From the NCBI RefSeq assembly GCF_035594765.1, contig NC_085846.1:21005190-21069189 (forward strand): 64,000 bases of DNA, given 5' to 3'. The notes under the pieces were generated by a model that worked only from the letters and a program-made list of their open reading frames with translations, was not told the DNA's origin and made no database searches. The stretch is from Anolis carolinensis (Eukaryota). Below are positions 1 to 13,100 of this stretch, in pieces (position 1 is the stretch's first letter; every line of letters starts with the position of its first letter). Position numbers and translations under genes: made by a program.

Positions 1-45
1 GATCTGAACAGTAGTCAAAAAGTGGTGGTGGTGTATATTCATATA

Positions 46-368
46 CAGTAGAGTCTCCCTTATCCAACGTAAACGGGCCGGCAGAACGTTGGATAAGCGA
101 ATATGTTGGATAATAAGGAGAGATTAAGGAAAAGCCTATTACACATCAAATTAGGTTATGATTTTACAAATTAAGTACCAAAACATCATGTTATACAACA
201 AATTTGACAGAAAAACTAGTTCGATACGCAGCAACATTAGGTAGCAATTACTGTATTTACGAATTTAGCATCAAAATATCATGATGTATTGAAAACATTG
301 ACTAAAAAAATGCGTTGGATAATCCAGAACGTTGGATAAGTGAGCGTTGGATAAGTGAAACTCTACTG
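46..368. mobile_element. Tc1/mariner-type MITE (323 bp), copy 1
   Basis: TIRs CAGTAGAGTCTC.CTTATCCAA / TTGGATAAGTGA.ACTCTACTG, TA on both sides; same-length copies at 7435 and 43690. Confidence 0.9.
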
Positions 369-451
369 TAAGTGTGAAGTGGTAGAGACATTACTTATTG
401 CTTGTGGTTTATATCATTGCAAACCCACTTAGGTGATAAGATGATCTAAAG

Positions 452-588
452 CAGGCCTGCACAACCCATGGCCCTCCAGGTGTTTCGGACTTCAACTCCC
501 AGAATTCCTGTCCATTGAACAAACTGCCTAGAGTTTCTGAAAGTTGGAGGTCTAAACCCTTAGAAGGCCACAGGTTGTACAGGATGGT
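452..588. mobile_element. Short hAT-type palindromic MITE (degenerate)
   Basis: Internal CTCCAGGTGTTT.GGACTTCAACTCCCAGAATT core shared with 5003-5137 and 14879-15012. Confidence 0.6.
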
Positions 589-959
589 CTAGTGTCTTCA
601 AAACTTCAAAAATAAAATTCTTGAGAGGTAAATGCTCTACCTTGAAAGCTCAACAGAATCGTCTTGGCTCAAGCAACTCAGAACACCTTTATTTGTTTTT
701 CATTAATATCTCTAATGAACAAAAAATTGCAACACATATAATGCTACCCCAAAGTAAATGATGATGTTTTTGAAAATAAAAGGAATAGACAGATTTGTTG
801 TCAAATTGTTTCCAAGTCATTGCAACCCTAAGACCATTCTATCCAGGGTTTGTTTGGGGCTGAGAGTGTGTGAATCAGACAATGTCATCTGGTAGGTTTC
901 CATGACTGAGTGAGGACTCAGACTCTCTTCTCCAGAGCCCAATGATCAAACTGCTACAC

Positions 960-1555
960 CAGCAGTTCTCAAACTGTGCTCCGTGGAGCCCTTATGGCTC
1001 CATGAAGCACAGTCAGGGGCTCTGCAGGGGCCCAGTAGCCCTCTCACTCCCCCTTACCTGAGAAGCATGCAGCACCTAGAGCCCCACTGCTGCCAGCATG
1101 GCCTAGGAGGCTCTTCTCAGCTGCCACCAGCATGGTCTACAGAGCCTGCCCATAGTTGCTGCCAGCACAGCCTGAAAGGCTTCTCGGTCGCTGATTTGAA
1201 TGTGCTTTTACTGCATGTGCTTTTACTGTTAGACTGAGTGACCACTGGGGATGCTATTGTTGTTGTTGCTGCTGTTGCAAAGGCTGGATGGCCATATGTT
1301 GGGGGTGCATTGACTATACTTTATCTGGAAAGCAGAAGGGGGTTATTCTCCATTTTAAACATTGTATTGTTCTTTATTTATTTATTTTCCTTTCTTTTCT
1401 TTTTTTTGCACTACAAACAAGATATGTGCAGTATGCATAGAATTTGTTCATTTTTTTTCAGTTAGTTCACACAAACACTCTCCATCCATCTGTCACTGGC
1501 TGGGCCTATCTGTTGAATTTTAAAATGCAATGTGGCCTCTGTGCCCAAAAGCTTC
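960..1555. mobile_element. Degenerate hAT/Charlie-type non-autonomous transposon (OC1/OposCharlie-like segment at about 1330-1460)
   Basis: CAGCAGTTCTCAAAC left end; TTTTGCACTACAAACAAGATATGTGCAGTATGCATAGAATTTGTTCAT segment recalled from OC1-type elements. Confidence 0.5.
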
Positions 1556-2284
1556 CTTCAAAAATATATATTTGACTGTATTACACTTTAAAATGTACCT
1601 GTTCTGACTTACATACAAAATCAACTTAAGAACAAATCTGCAGAAACTTTCTTGTTCATAGCTTTGGGACTGCCTGCATTGTGTGGCAATGTTTCATTAA
1701 AAAGGAGACTTATGAAGGGACCCAAGAACTATTTTGGTATGGGGCACTGCTCTGTATGTGGAACCTCCCAGTTCAATTACTGTTCTAAACTGGCAAGGAA
1801 ATGCAACACATTGGACAAGCTTCCCACCTGAGACCATATATATTATCTAACATGTGCAAAATTTGTGGACGGGGGCATGTGAATATACTTGAAACAAGTT
1901 AAGTCCTGTCTCTCCATTGTTTATGTGATTAAAAGGAACTGCATTTCCTTTCTGCTTCTTATAAATCTCATTTCATTTTGGCATGAGTGCAAACCACTCG
2001 TGATTTCATTTTGCCCATCCCCAGTTTTTGACATCCTCTAAGACGTGCATTGAATGGTTGCACAATGGTTTATTTCTGTAATAAACAATTGTTCTGGCTT
2101 ATTGACCTCCTGAGATATTTCTCTAACTGTTGAAGTGTGTTTTGTTCTTTCTTTTACACAAACACAGACAGAGAGATTGTTTATGTCATTCTTTCTTCAA
2201 CCAAGGAAATTTAGTTTATACATTCTTTATCTTTCCCACTTTGTCTGAACAATAATGATGTGATTTTGGTTAAGCTGAATAAAG

Positions 2285-2778
2285 ATAACTTATCCGAACG
2301 TATCTCCTCATATGAGCCAGCTAGATCCCTAAAATCGAGGCCCTGCTCTCGGTCCCACCTGCCTCGCAGGCGCGGCTGGTGGGAACGAGGGACAGGGCCT
2401 TCTCGGTGGTGGCTCCCCGACTGTGGAACACCCTCCCCACAAATATCCAACAAGCCCCAACCCTTTTGGGTTTCAGAAAGGCTGTGAAAACATGGCTGTG
2501 TGCACAAGTTTTTAATGAGTAATATAATAACGTCGATATGGTCCGATTGAAGGCTGAAGCATGAGGTTTTTAGACAAATGTGTCTAATTTACATATGTTT
2601 TAATTGTTATAATGTATTTTAATGATGTATTTTTATAGTTTTAATTGATTATATGTACTGTTTTTGTTTTATTATTATGTTCTTGGCATTAAATGTTGCC
2701 AACTGTTGTAAGCCACCCTGAGTCCCCCTGGGTGAGAAGGGTGAGGTATAAATGCTAGAAATAAATAAAAATAAATAA
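2285..2778 (+). mobile_element. L2-clade LINE 3' fragment
   Basis: Frameshifted ORF2 C-terminus (ERISSYEPARSL; RDRAFSVVAPRLWNTLP-like), 3' tail TGTAAGCCACCCTGAGTCCCC...GTATAAAT and (AAAT)n. Confidence 0.8.
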
Positions 2779-3094
2779 CTGGCCAAAAATAATCTGTTCC
2801 CTGGCAGAAATGTGAACCCAGATCTCTCTAGGACCTCATCATAAATACCCATGGGTTTGCCTCGCATTGGGGCAACTGCATGGGCTCCCAACAGGGGCTG
2901 TGGAGAACCCATCTCCCCATGCCCTGCATCACCCGCCTTATCATACCCTTTATCCTATGGGGAAAAGTATAGCCATCCGGCTTCCTGTATATTTTTATTT
3001 TATTTTAAGTGTACCAGATGTATGTTGTATTTCATGTTTGTTTTGTCTGTGCTTGATAAGGCCAACTGGCTAATCAATAAATTGTTGTATGATT

Positions 3095-3362
3095 GAGTTT
3101 ATCCATCTGAAATGTGTTCTTCCTATTTTACTACTGACTCATACCTTCTCAAGCATTATGGTCTTTTACAGGTCATGTCCTTTCATCATATGGCCAAAGT
3201 GCAATAATCTCACTTTAGTCATCTTTGCTTCTAGGGAGAATTTAGCCTTAGTTTTCTCTATTTATTGTGTTTTTGGAGGTTCACAGTTTCCATATAACTC
3301 TTCTCCTGCAACACTTTTTTCCTACCAGCTTTCTTAACCTTCAGTTTTCATAACCTTACATA
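3095..3362 (-). mobile_element. Degraded RTE/BovB-like LINE fragment
   Basis: Reverse strand resembles RTE ORF2 C-terminus (SLEAKMTKVRLLHFGHMM...MLEKV); related fragments at about 21520-21690 (+) and 56100-56355 (-). Confidence 0.55.
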
Positions 3363-3507
3363 GAAATAGTGGAAGCTCCTTCCTTGGAAACATTTAAACA
3401 GAGGCTGGATGGCCATCTGTCAGGGATACTTTCATTGTGCTTTTCCTGCATGGCAGGGGGTTAGACTAAGTGGCCTGTTTGGTTTCTTCTAACTCTATTA
3501 TTCTATG
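3362..3507 (+). mobile_element. CR1 LINE 3' end fragment
   Basis: GTGGAAGCTCCTTCCTTGGAA...GCTGGATGGCCATCTGTC... with TTCTATGA tail; matches 33700-33866. Confidence 0.8.
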
Positions 3508-5002
3508 AAATGGAAAATACAATATGAACAATTGTAACATCTGTGGGGTGACTGTTTTGATTCTAAGACAAAGTCTTTAAAAAACCTAGGAAATAATTAA
3601 AGTGTCATTTTTCAATACTAAAAATGATTGAAAACAAGACTCCTATTCCAACATTAATGCTTATAAGAAACCAAAGGATTTTAGCAAAACATCTCAGATG
3701 TTTACCACAGTTAGTTTTAGTACAACTGTACTAAAATTCAGGGATATTTCCAACATTTTTCCATGGGGACATATATTGAATTATGACAAAAATCCGAAAA
3801 CTGCCTCCTTGCTTGTGAGTCTTTTTTTTTCCTAAAGGGAAAGTCAAATAATTGACCCAGATGGGAATAAGTGCAATTATAAATTAATGGGAAGATAACT
3901 GAAAATGAGAAGAGATTCAGAACACTGCTAACATGAGCTCATAATATGTTTTCACTTTATTGAAAAGAGAGAAATCCAAGATGTTTCTAGGAAGAGGCAA
4001 CAGTACAAAGTCCTTGCAACTCCCTTTTCATGAAACAAAGAGGTAAATGTGTTTTTTATACTAAATGTTTTTCATCTTCAGATCAGTCTGGCTTTACAGA
4101 AGTTTCTTTTTTAAAGTTACAGTAACTGTGTGTCTCCATAAGACACCACAGATATGTGTTTGTCAAGCATCTGGCAAGAGATTTAACAATTGGTTTGAAA
4201 AGGAAAGATTATCAATTCTATACACTCTTTAAACTGCAAAAAAATGGGTAGGATGAGGCTACATGCTGTCTAATTTAGCTTCATATAAATTTATAGGGCA
4301 TATTAATGGTAGTCCTATTGATCAGTTTTGTATTATTGCTATGCAATGAAGCAAAAGGTTAATAGAAATGTAAAGGTTCTTCCTTTTAAATGTTGTTATT
4401 GAGTCAAAGGTGTTTTCAAATATCCATATTTCCATTATATATTACTGAAGATATTGGTTAGAATTCTATATAGCTTACTTACATAGCTTCCTTATTTTTG
4501 TAACTAAAGTTGCATTTTCCTCTCCCAATCTCAATCTCGTAGGACAGAAGTCCCTGTGAGCAACAGGAATTTGTTCTCCTGTCAGTCAAAATGCAACAGA
4601 CTAGTGTTTATAGCTGCCTTGTATGAGCAATTACTAGTGTAAGAAGGAATTTTGACAGGCATTCTATTTCTGACTGTCACTCTGGAGATTGCTAGTGGGA
4701 GCATAATGAAAACATCAGTCTATTGCATCCCAATTGACAGAAAAAGTGGACTCCCAATACCTGTAGCAGCAGCTTCCGAGTAAGTCAGCACTGGGAGACT
4801 TTGACAGTACCTCCATTTCCATGTAATTCATAGGGATTATGAATACAAATCAGTTGTAACTGCATAACTCCAGGTTAGTCAGCTGTGTGACCCTGAATTC
4901 TAGCCAGCGTTGCTTGCCAAAACCATAAAGACCCATGGTTGAAATTATCAATGTTATATAAAAAGTGTGTATGAAGTATTAGCGATTCATCATCTATTAA
5001 AT

Positions 5003-5137
5003 CAGTGTTTCTCAAACTGTGCTTCTCCAGGTGTTTTGGACTTCAGCTCCCAGAAATCTCAGCCATCTTACAAGCTGTGAGGAATTGTGGGAGCTGAAGT
5101 CCAAAACAGCTGGAGGAGCACAGCTTGAGAAACTCTG
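5003..5137. mobile_element. hAT/Charlie-type MITE
   Basis: TIRs CAGTGTTTCTCAA / TTGAGAAACTCTG; near-palindromic body. Confidence 0.75.
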
Positions 5138-5310
5138 TACTAGATAAAGTGAACATTTTAAATCAAATTTGGAATAATTTGGATTATTGACTGGATGAAA
5201 AACAAATAGGCAGTCTTCGTGAATAATTATTTATATTTTGTCAGCAACTAAACTATGAATAAGACTTTGTTTTCATATTGTTTCTGCACTATGGTTTTCT
5301 AGATAAATCT

Positions 5311-6258
5311 ATGTCAAACATGGAAATGAAAAATCAAACAAGGATTTCAGAATTCATTCTTCTTGGATTTGAGGATCTACATTATCTGAAAATTCCCCTC
5401 TTCCTGCTATTTTTCTTCATTTACATTCTGACATTAGCTGGAAACCTTCTCATCATTATACTTGTTGTAACTGATCAACACCTTCACATCCCAATGTATC
5501 TTTTCTTAGGAAACTTGTCTTGCCTGGAAGTTTGTTCCAGTTCAACCATCCTGCCTAAGGTACTGGCCAGCTTCCTACTGACCAACAAAGCCATTTTGAT
5601 TAGGGATTGCATGTTGCAATATTTTTTCTTCTGTGGGTTTACTGGCACAGAATGTTATCTTCTCTCTGTGATGTCTTATGATCGGTACATAGCAATATGC
5701 AAACCACTGCACTATGCCACACTTATGAACAACAGGTTCTGCAGAAACATGGCATTTGTATCTTGGCTAAATGGCTTTCTTGCCAGTGCTGTTGTAGTTT
5801 TATGTATGTCACAGCTAATTTTCTGTGGTCCAAATGAAATCAACCATTTCTTCTGTGACTCTCCTCCAGTTTTAAAGCTCTCCTGCAGTGACACACATGC
5901 TGTTTCCATGGTGATATTCCTTCTCTCTTCTGCATTTACATTCCCCCCTTTTATCCTCACTTTGATTTCTTATGTGTGCATCATATCGACAATTTTGAGA
6001 ATATCCTCTGTAGCAGGGAGACAAAAGACCTTCTCTACGTGTTCCTCTCATCTCCTTGTTGTGACCATTTTCTATGGAACTCTCATGTCTGTGTATGTGT
6101 TGCCTGAAACCAATAAGGTGATAAATCTGAAAAAGATCTTCTCCCTCTTCTACACCATTTTGACACCTATGGTGAATCCTTTTATCTACAGTCTAAGGAA
6201 CCAAGAAGTCAAGATGGCTGCAAAGAAACTGTTTCATAAGTGTTGGACAATAAGTTGA
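5311..6258 (+). CDS. Olfactory receptor, class II (OR11A/OR6-like), intact, 315 aa
   Basis: Single coding exon; NQT sequon, LHIPMYLFL, MSYDRYIAICKPLHY, KTFSTCSSHL, PMVNPFIYSLRN. First ATG 5311 follows splice acceptor TTTTCTAG (5301-5302); the ORF-track start 5278 is TTG. Confidence 0.96.
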   Translation: MSNMEMKNQTRISEFILLGFEDLHYLKIPLFLLFFFIYILTLAGNLLIIILVVTDQHLHIPMYLFLGNLSCLEVCSSSTILPKVLASFLLTNKAILIRDCMLQYFFFCGFTGTECYLLSVMSYDRYIAICKPLHYATLMNNRFCRNMAFVSWLNGFLASAVVVLCMSQLIFCGPNEINHFFCDSPPVLKLSCSDTHAVSMVIFLLSSAFTFPPFILTLISYVCIISTILRISSVAGRQKTFSTCSSHLLVVTIFYGTLMSVYVLPETNKVINLKKIFSLFYTILTPMVNPFIYSLRNQEVKMAAKKLFHKCWTIS

Positions 6259-6660
6259 GCAAACACACACACACACACACAGTCTTCCAATTGCAGTTCT
6301 CTTCTATCTGCCCATCGTTAAACTAAATGTGTATTTGCTGAACAATTTTCGAATTTTGTTTTTATCAGTGGATTTTTCAGAACAAATAGGAACACGATGT
6401 CAGTTCCTCATGAAGAGTGTATGTCAAATTTAGGAAACATGATGTGGACCCCATGATGTTGCTGAATTTCATTTACCATAATCTCAAGTCACATGGTCAG
6501 TTAAGAGGCATGGAGAGCATTCAATGCAGCCAACATCTGGAGGCCCATGGACACACACCTTTGTGTATAATAATAATAATAGCTTGTGTGTAAATCAAGA
6601 AAGTATGTTGCCTCTAACATGGATGGACTAAATATTGCACCAGGAGACATAACTAATGAG

Positions 6661-6938
6661 CAGGCATGTAGGCCGGGTGGAGGGGGCTTGAGGGGCTTCA
6701 GCCCCCCCAATTCTCAGGGTGGTCCACGAAAAAGCCTTAAATTTATTATTTAAACTGTTATGTTTATTCCTATCATGATCTGATCACCATGCTCAATATA
6801 TCCCATATGCATGGCGGTATTGGGTAAACAATACGAAAGGTTTGCTAGGATTTAACCCTCTCCTGCTCAGACTCAGCCCCCCCCCCCCCGAACCAAAATC
6901 CCAGCCCCTCCCGAAACAAAATCCTGGCTATGGGCCTG
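6661..6938. mobile_element. hAT non-autonomous element
   Basis: TIRs CAGGCATGTAG / CTATGGGCCTG; perfect 8-bp TSD CTAATGAG (6653-6660, 6939-6946); second copy at 20141-20404. Confidence 0.9.
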
Positions 6939-7434
6939 CTAATGAGATGCAACTGTGACATCTCCCAATGATACTCTCCAAATTTTTTAGCTTTGAATTC
7001 TCTCAAATACCCTCATGTAGAATTTTCCAAGAAATGGGAAAAGAGACCATAATTATGGGTCCATCCCGATTCTATTCATGGAGTTTGCTTACATAGACAA
7101 CTGCAGAAACCCCTGTGAGATTCTGTCAGTGTGTTCTGCAACTTTGAGAGTTTTGGGAAAGTTGCTCACTATCCTTCTCTCCAGCACCTCCAAAATGATT
7201 GTTCTACGAGGTGAGATATGGATTCTTCAACAGTACAATTAGTGAAAAATATATTAGCCAATGTTTTAGGTGCTTAAGATTTTATATTAAATTATACTGG
7301 AATCTTCAAACCTGTCCTCAAAGTCCAAGACATTTTGAAACAGAAGATAAAAGACACTAAGCAATCCTCACATTTGTAAGAACTCAAACCCCAATTAAAT
7401 ATTTTTTTTTTACCTATGAATCATTTTATTAATA

Positions 7435-7757
7435 CAGTAGGGTCTCACTTATCCAAGCTAAACGGGCCGGCAGAAGCTTGGATAAGCGAATATCTTGGAT
7501 AATAAGGAGGGATTAAGGAAAAGCCTATTAAACATCAAATTGGGTTATGATTTTACAAGTTAAGCACCAAAACATCATGTTTTACAACAAATTTGACAGA
7601 AAAAGTAGTTCAATACGCAGTAATGTTATGTTGTAATTACTGTATTTACGAATTTAGCACCAAAATATCATGATATTTTGAAAACATTGACTACAAAAAT
7701 GGCTTGGATTATCCAGAGGCTTGGATAAGTGAGGTTTGGATTAGTGAGACTCTACTG
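7435..7757. mobile_element. Tc1/mariner-type MITE (323 bp), copy 2
   Basis: Same TIRs, TA TSD and length as 46-368. Confidence 0.9.
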
Positions 7758-8492
7758 TATTATAAGGTTCTTCCAATATATATTCTATTCTTTGAACCCA
7801 GCAAATTCAAGACACAGATATAAAATAATGCCATATTAATGATATTTTGGTTATATGTTTTGCTGACACTAAGATTGTGTTTGGAGTAAGTTATCCCATG
7901 TGACAAATACTAAAATAAGATGGAAGGTTATTCTAATATCTGTTTATCAATTTCGTCTTAGAGTATTTTTCATAGTACAGGTCAGAATCTAATCTATATA
8001 CTCAAATACCATCTATTGGAGAGAGAGAGATAAATAATTAAATGCATTAATTATTGGTTATGTATGGAGTTCCAAACTTCTTTTGCATGGATTTCTCACA
8101 TGAACTTTACGACATAATGGCATAATAGTAGTGCCTCACTTAATATGGACATTGTGGAACTGCTCAGTTCTATTTCCCATAGTTGACAATCTAAGTCCCT
8201 AATGAATTCTGGCTATTCTTGAAAATGGGTTAAGAGAAAATGTAGACTTTTCTTAAAACATTTGAAGTCAAGAGGTTTTAGTTTTAGTCATACTCAGAAC
8301 AATTGTAATAAAATCAAAAGGCTCATGATTAAAAGTCTCAAATGATTAAAAAAAATATGGACCTGCTAGATGTAATTAAGTTTTCATCCATCCCACAAGT
8401 AGAAAAAGGGATCGCATGGCAAATAAAACTGAGCAGAGCTTACAAAAGGCTTGAGAAAATGTTAGCCAGAATCACATGACCTAACTATGAGA

Positions 8493-8644
8493 TCAAACAG
8501 TATTGAGATTTTTCATCGCCTGCAAGATTTTTTCAGTGTTGTTCTTCACATTTGTTTTTGCTGCTTCCAGTAGATCTTTGATATCCCATTCTGTATAAGA
8601 AATTTTAATGCTGGGATATTTTTCTCTCCAATCTTCAACTTTAT
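8493..8644 (-). CDS. PLA2G4C: PLA2G4C-like last coding exon (DKVEDWREKY...MKNLNTV*)
   Basis: AG acceptor at 8645-8646; matches cPLA2-gamma C-terminal helix LL.AAK.NV.NN..KIL. Confidence 0.88.
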
Positions 8645-10110
8645 CTTTCAAACAAAAACAAAAAAGAACCAAGTTATAAACTTTGAAAAATGTGTTTAAA
8701 AACATTAGGGCTGTGCTTTTTCATAAGCCATCACTTATAAAAATCAATTGGCTCAATATACAATAGTTGTAAATAGTTATGATTAGGCTCTGTATACAAT
8801 TGTGTTTACATCCAATAGTATGTTGTTAATCTCACATAAGTGATGACAAAATTTCTTTTCTTTCAAAGGTTCTAACCTTGATTTATTCATTAAATTAGTC
8901 TAGTCTACTGTTGTACTTTTAAAGAAGATATGTTGCTTCTTGTTTTCAGCCAATAATGCAGTTTGACACAGCTTTAATTGTCATGGATCGGTGCTATGGA
9001 ATCCTGGGATTGGTAGTTTGGCAAGGCACCAGCAATCTTTGGCAAAGAAGGCTAAAGACCATGACAGTTAAGGTGGAGTCAGAGTACACCATCTTTACAG
9101 TGTAAATGCACATTTAGTCAGGAACAGAAATTGGGTGTTTCTCTGATGTTGTTTAACTGCAACTCATAGCAAAAATAGCCATGATAAGAGCATGGGAAAT
9201 GCTGAGTTGCAATTGAGCAATATCAGAAGGGCTACCAATTCCAAATCTGGCCTAAAAGTTCATCTGAAAGCTTCTTGTATATTACCCACCCTATTTCTTT
9301 AGCCTCTTCACATATTTTCCATTGGAATTCCTTCACTACCTCATCTTTAAGAAATTTCCATCCACCTAGAATACTATAGATTCAATGTTTCTTTAAGCTT
9401 ATTAAGATCTATTTGCTTAAAGTTCAGAGTGCGTATCTTACTGTGCTGAATGAAACATGAATCTTCCAGGTTTAAATCAAAAATTAAAGCACACCAAAAA
9501 TAATCCGTGTTTAGCCAAGCTGAGATGGAACCACTAAAATGATTCAATGTAATGACTATATTCAGTCTCATTAATTTCAGTAGGCCTCATCTAAACATGA
9601 ATAAGTATGGATCCCAGTCCACACAATAAATATATAATGTATTTAGGATATCCAAGAAGTCACAAAATATACCTCTGCAGTTCCGTATATTGAAGAGTGG
9701 GAAGTGCATGACAACTGGGGCATTGTTGCTTTGGAAGATGTAGCAATCAGAAGGGTTGTCTTTATCCTTTTCCAGCTCCGAAACATCAATATCAGGGAAG
9801 GGAAGTTGACTTTCCTTACAATACAAGGCTGCATCCTTGACAGTCTGTGAAAATAGGGAGATGGGAGGAAGCAACATAGAGTAGACCACTTTTGTGGAGA
9901 TAAGAGATACGAGACCCCAATGAAAGTGGGAAAACCTGAATTTAAAAAATCTAAGAGACCCACTCTCTAGGAACATGTACTCCTCCAAGTTGACTCTCAA
10001 GTCAACTTCACATTAAGTGATGTAGTAGTGACATTGAATGTTTGCCGTTTGTATGTTAACTGCCCTGAGTCTCTCTGGGGACAGAGGGCGGTCTAGAAAA
10101 AAATTATATT

Positions 10111-10151
<41 letters not shown>

Positions 10152-13100
10152 CTGGAGGACCTAAAGATCCCTTCACCAGAAAGGACTATAGATTTATCCA
10201 GGGGAACCTAGAGATTCCTATAGATAACATATTAATTAAATTAACAAATAATCAAAATGTCAAAAGTTGTCTGAATTCTTCACTTATATTCTAACCAGTT
10301 TCTCAACCATGACCAGATGAATATTTAAGAATGCGGGGGTTGACTTCAGATCAAGTTCCTCCTCATGTTACTGTCACCCATTTTGTGTACAACTCACACT
10401 GTTTCTTAGTTGAGGGAGTGTAACCAATTGACTTCTGCTTGTCAATTTAAAACAAGCTAGAACTCATCATTTTGGCCACCTAATCCCCAAAGATGTAAAC
10501 TGCAGTATTGTTTGGTAAGGATATTGACAGCAATATTTCCTTTAAGCTGTACCTTTTCAAGAAATGTTCAAAATAGGAGAATTATTATGTGGCTTTATAC
10601 ATTTATCAATTAAAACAATTACTATATAAATCTAGAAATTTTAGTTAAAAATCATCCTCAAAAACCTAGGTCAATTTTATCCACAGGTCAATGTAAGTAT
10701 CGTAGCTTAACTCTTATATAAAAAAAGGAACCAATCCCTTATTGAAGTGGAATGGCAAATAAGTGAGAGAGTGTATCCTAGAAGAACCTTAGGACTTTAT
10801 CATATGGAGGTCAAGAAGCGTCTTCTCTGCACTTCTCTGTGCTGCCAACATGCTGTCGGCACAGAGTCCCTTGGAGCCCAACAGATGATAGAGGAATACT
10901 CCCAGTGGGGCTCCATCCCACTCTGTGCCAGCAATGTGCAGAGCCCAGAGGAGTTGGGTATACACCCGACTCCTCATAGAGTACACCCAACTCCTCATAG
11001 AAGAAGCCGGGGGCAGGGGGGAATGGGAGGAAGCTGGGGACAGTGGGGAAACTTTATGGGAAGGGATCCCACAACCCATAATGGTAAGGGAATGCAGCAT
11101 TATGCTGCCCCAAGATTTCCCCCACTATCCTCCAGGTTCTTGGTTTCAATGTGATGAGGTCCCAAGAGAAAATTACCCCCTTCTATATTTTTCTGCTGCA
11201 GCACCGCTTCCAGACTTTTTGAATGCCTGGCCAGGGAAATGGCAGTCACACTAGCTAAGGAGGTCCCCCCTCCCAGAGGAAGCACTGAAATTTCCCAATT
11301 CTACAGAATGATCCTCTGTTTGTCACAGATCATATCAAAAGCCATAATTTTGCCCCCTAAACATGTCCTTATACATTTATTTGCTTTTTTTGTTTTATTT
11401 TTATCCCGTCTGTTTCCTGATATAGGGACTCAAGGAAGCTATGAGGTTGACTTATACAGAAGTATTTAAGGTATATCACCTAGTGAATTTCATTGCCACA
11501 TGGGCAGCAAGGTGCACAGCAGGCTCCAGAGGGCTGCAATTGGCTCTCAGAGCTGTTCAGTTTACCCACCTCTGATATAAAGTTTTTAAATAAATTAGGT
11601 AATTAGGAGGGGGGGTGTTTGATGGCTGGTTAATCCAGAGATTTAATTTGTTCCAGAGAAGAATACGTAACACCTTTAATACTTGTGGCTTTGCAGCCTT
11701 TGACTTTACCCTGGTAATTCCCTTGCCCCAGCATGGAGTACTCGTAAAAATGTAGCATGTTTTTAAAAGCATAACATCACAACAAGCCTACCTCAAAAGG
11801 ATCTCCCGCACTGAAGTCAAATGAGAGAATGAGTTTCACCCCTCTCTCTGGACGCAAGACAAGTGGGTAAGCAGAATTCATAGCAAGACCAGCATCAACC
11901 AGCTGGATGTCTTCCTGACTTTCCAGATCCTTGTCATTAAGTTCAGCTGGAGGAAGGTAATTTAATATTTCCTTGAAAATACATTTCTAGGAATCACTTC
12001 AGAAATAGAATCAAGTCAGTCATATGGTACAACTCACTGAACTGCAGTCTGCCTTGTAACTACTGTAGTTACTACAGATTTAACATAATCTATGTGTATA
12101 TATGTATATGTGGGTAAGTATACTTTTAAGTATACTTGCATTATAATTTTCAGATTCTAATTTTTCATCTCATTACCCCAATTCCCTAAATGCTTATTCA
12201 AACTAGACATTTTGATGTGTAAAAATTGGTCTCCTTATACCTACCAAAAAAGATTTTCTTGACCGAGGAGTAACATTTGTATTTATTTATTTATCTATTT
12301 ACTTTTTTTCTATACTGACTTTTCCCCCATTGGGACTCAAAGTGACTAACAATAATATGACACCAATAAAAATGTAAAAAAGGCAAATACAACATTTTAA
12401 AAAAAAAACAATTAAATATGTGTGCTATGGATATAAACTTAAAATACAATGCATGCAATAAAATTACTGTACATTTAAAGTTCAGCATCCCCTCAAAATC
12501 CCACCCATATACTCCCCAGCAGCCTATCCCTCACCACCACCACCATCACCACCACATATGCCTGGGAGCAGGGATATGTCTTGATCTTTCTTATTCTGTG
12601 CTGGTCATGGACCGTAATAAAGTCTTGTTGATCTGCCTGTAAAAAGTAAGCTGCTTTTACACATTTATACTGCAGTGTGTTTGTTATGTCTACATGTTTC
12701 TTACTGCATTTATAGAGATAGTTGTAGATGGTCCCCCATTTCCATTTGATGATACAAGACAGGGTTTTTTTCAGAATTCTCAGTGTATCCCAAAAGCCTA
12801 AAGATAGGTAATGAGATTAAAAAAGTAAAAAAAAAAGTCAAAGAGTTCAAGAAGTGCCTTAATATTCTTAATTTATATACCATAGCTGGATTTAATGTTC
12901 ATGATAAAGTTGTGAAACAAAATTCAATAGAAATAGAAACTCCATCATAATTGCTTAACACGAAGTGACTTCAATCCTATTACTATTTCTTTCTAGAGTA
13001 GAATCAATGCATTTATCAATGTGTAACTCACCATTCAACAGTTGGTTGAATGGGCCTACTCTAGTTAGGAGTAATTGACAGAATTCCAGTCATTATGTGA

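Noticed and set aside
5278-5310. N-terminal extension of the first OR in the ORF track
   Set aside because: It starts at TTG and spans the splice acceptor; the first ATG is at 5311
9374-9571. Alternative last exon of the PLA2G4C-like gene
   Set aside because: Translation resembles CR1 ORF2; exon 8493-8644 gives the homologous C-terminus
12418-12642. Poly-His, poly-Leu and CV-repeat ORFs (also 10112, 21725, 43229, 51730, 55811)
   Set aside because: Translations of microsatellites; no splice or homology support
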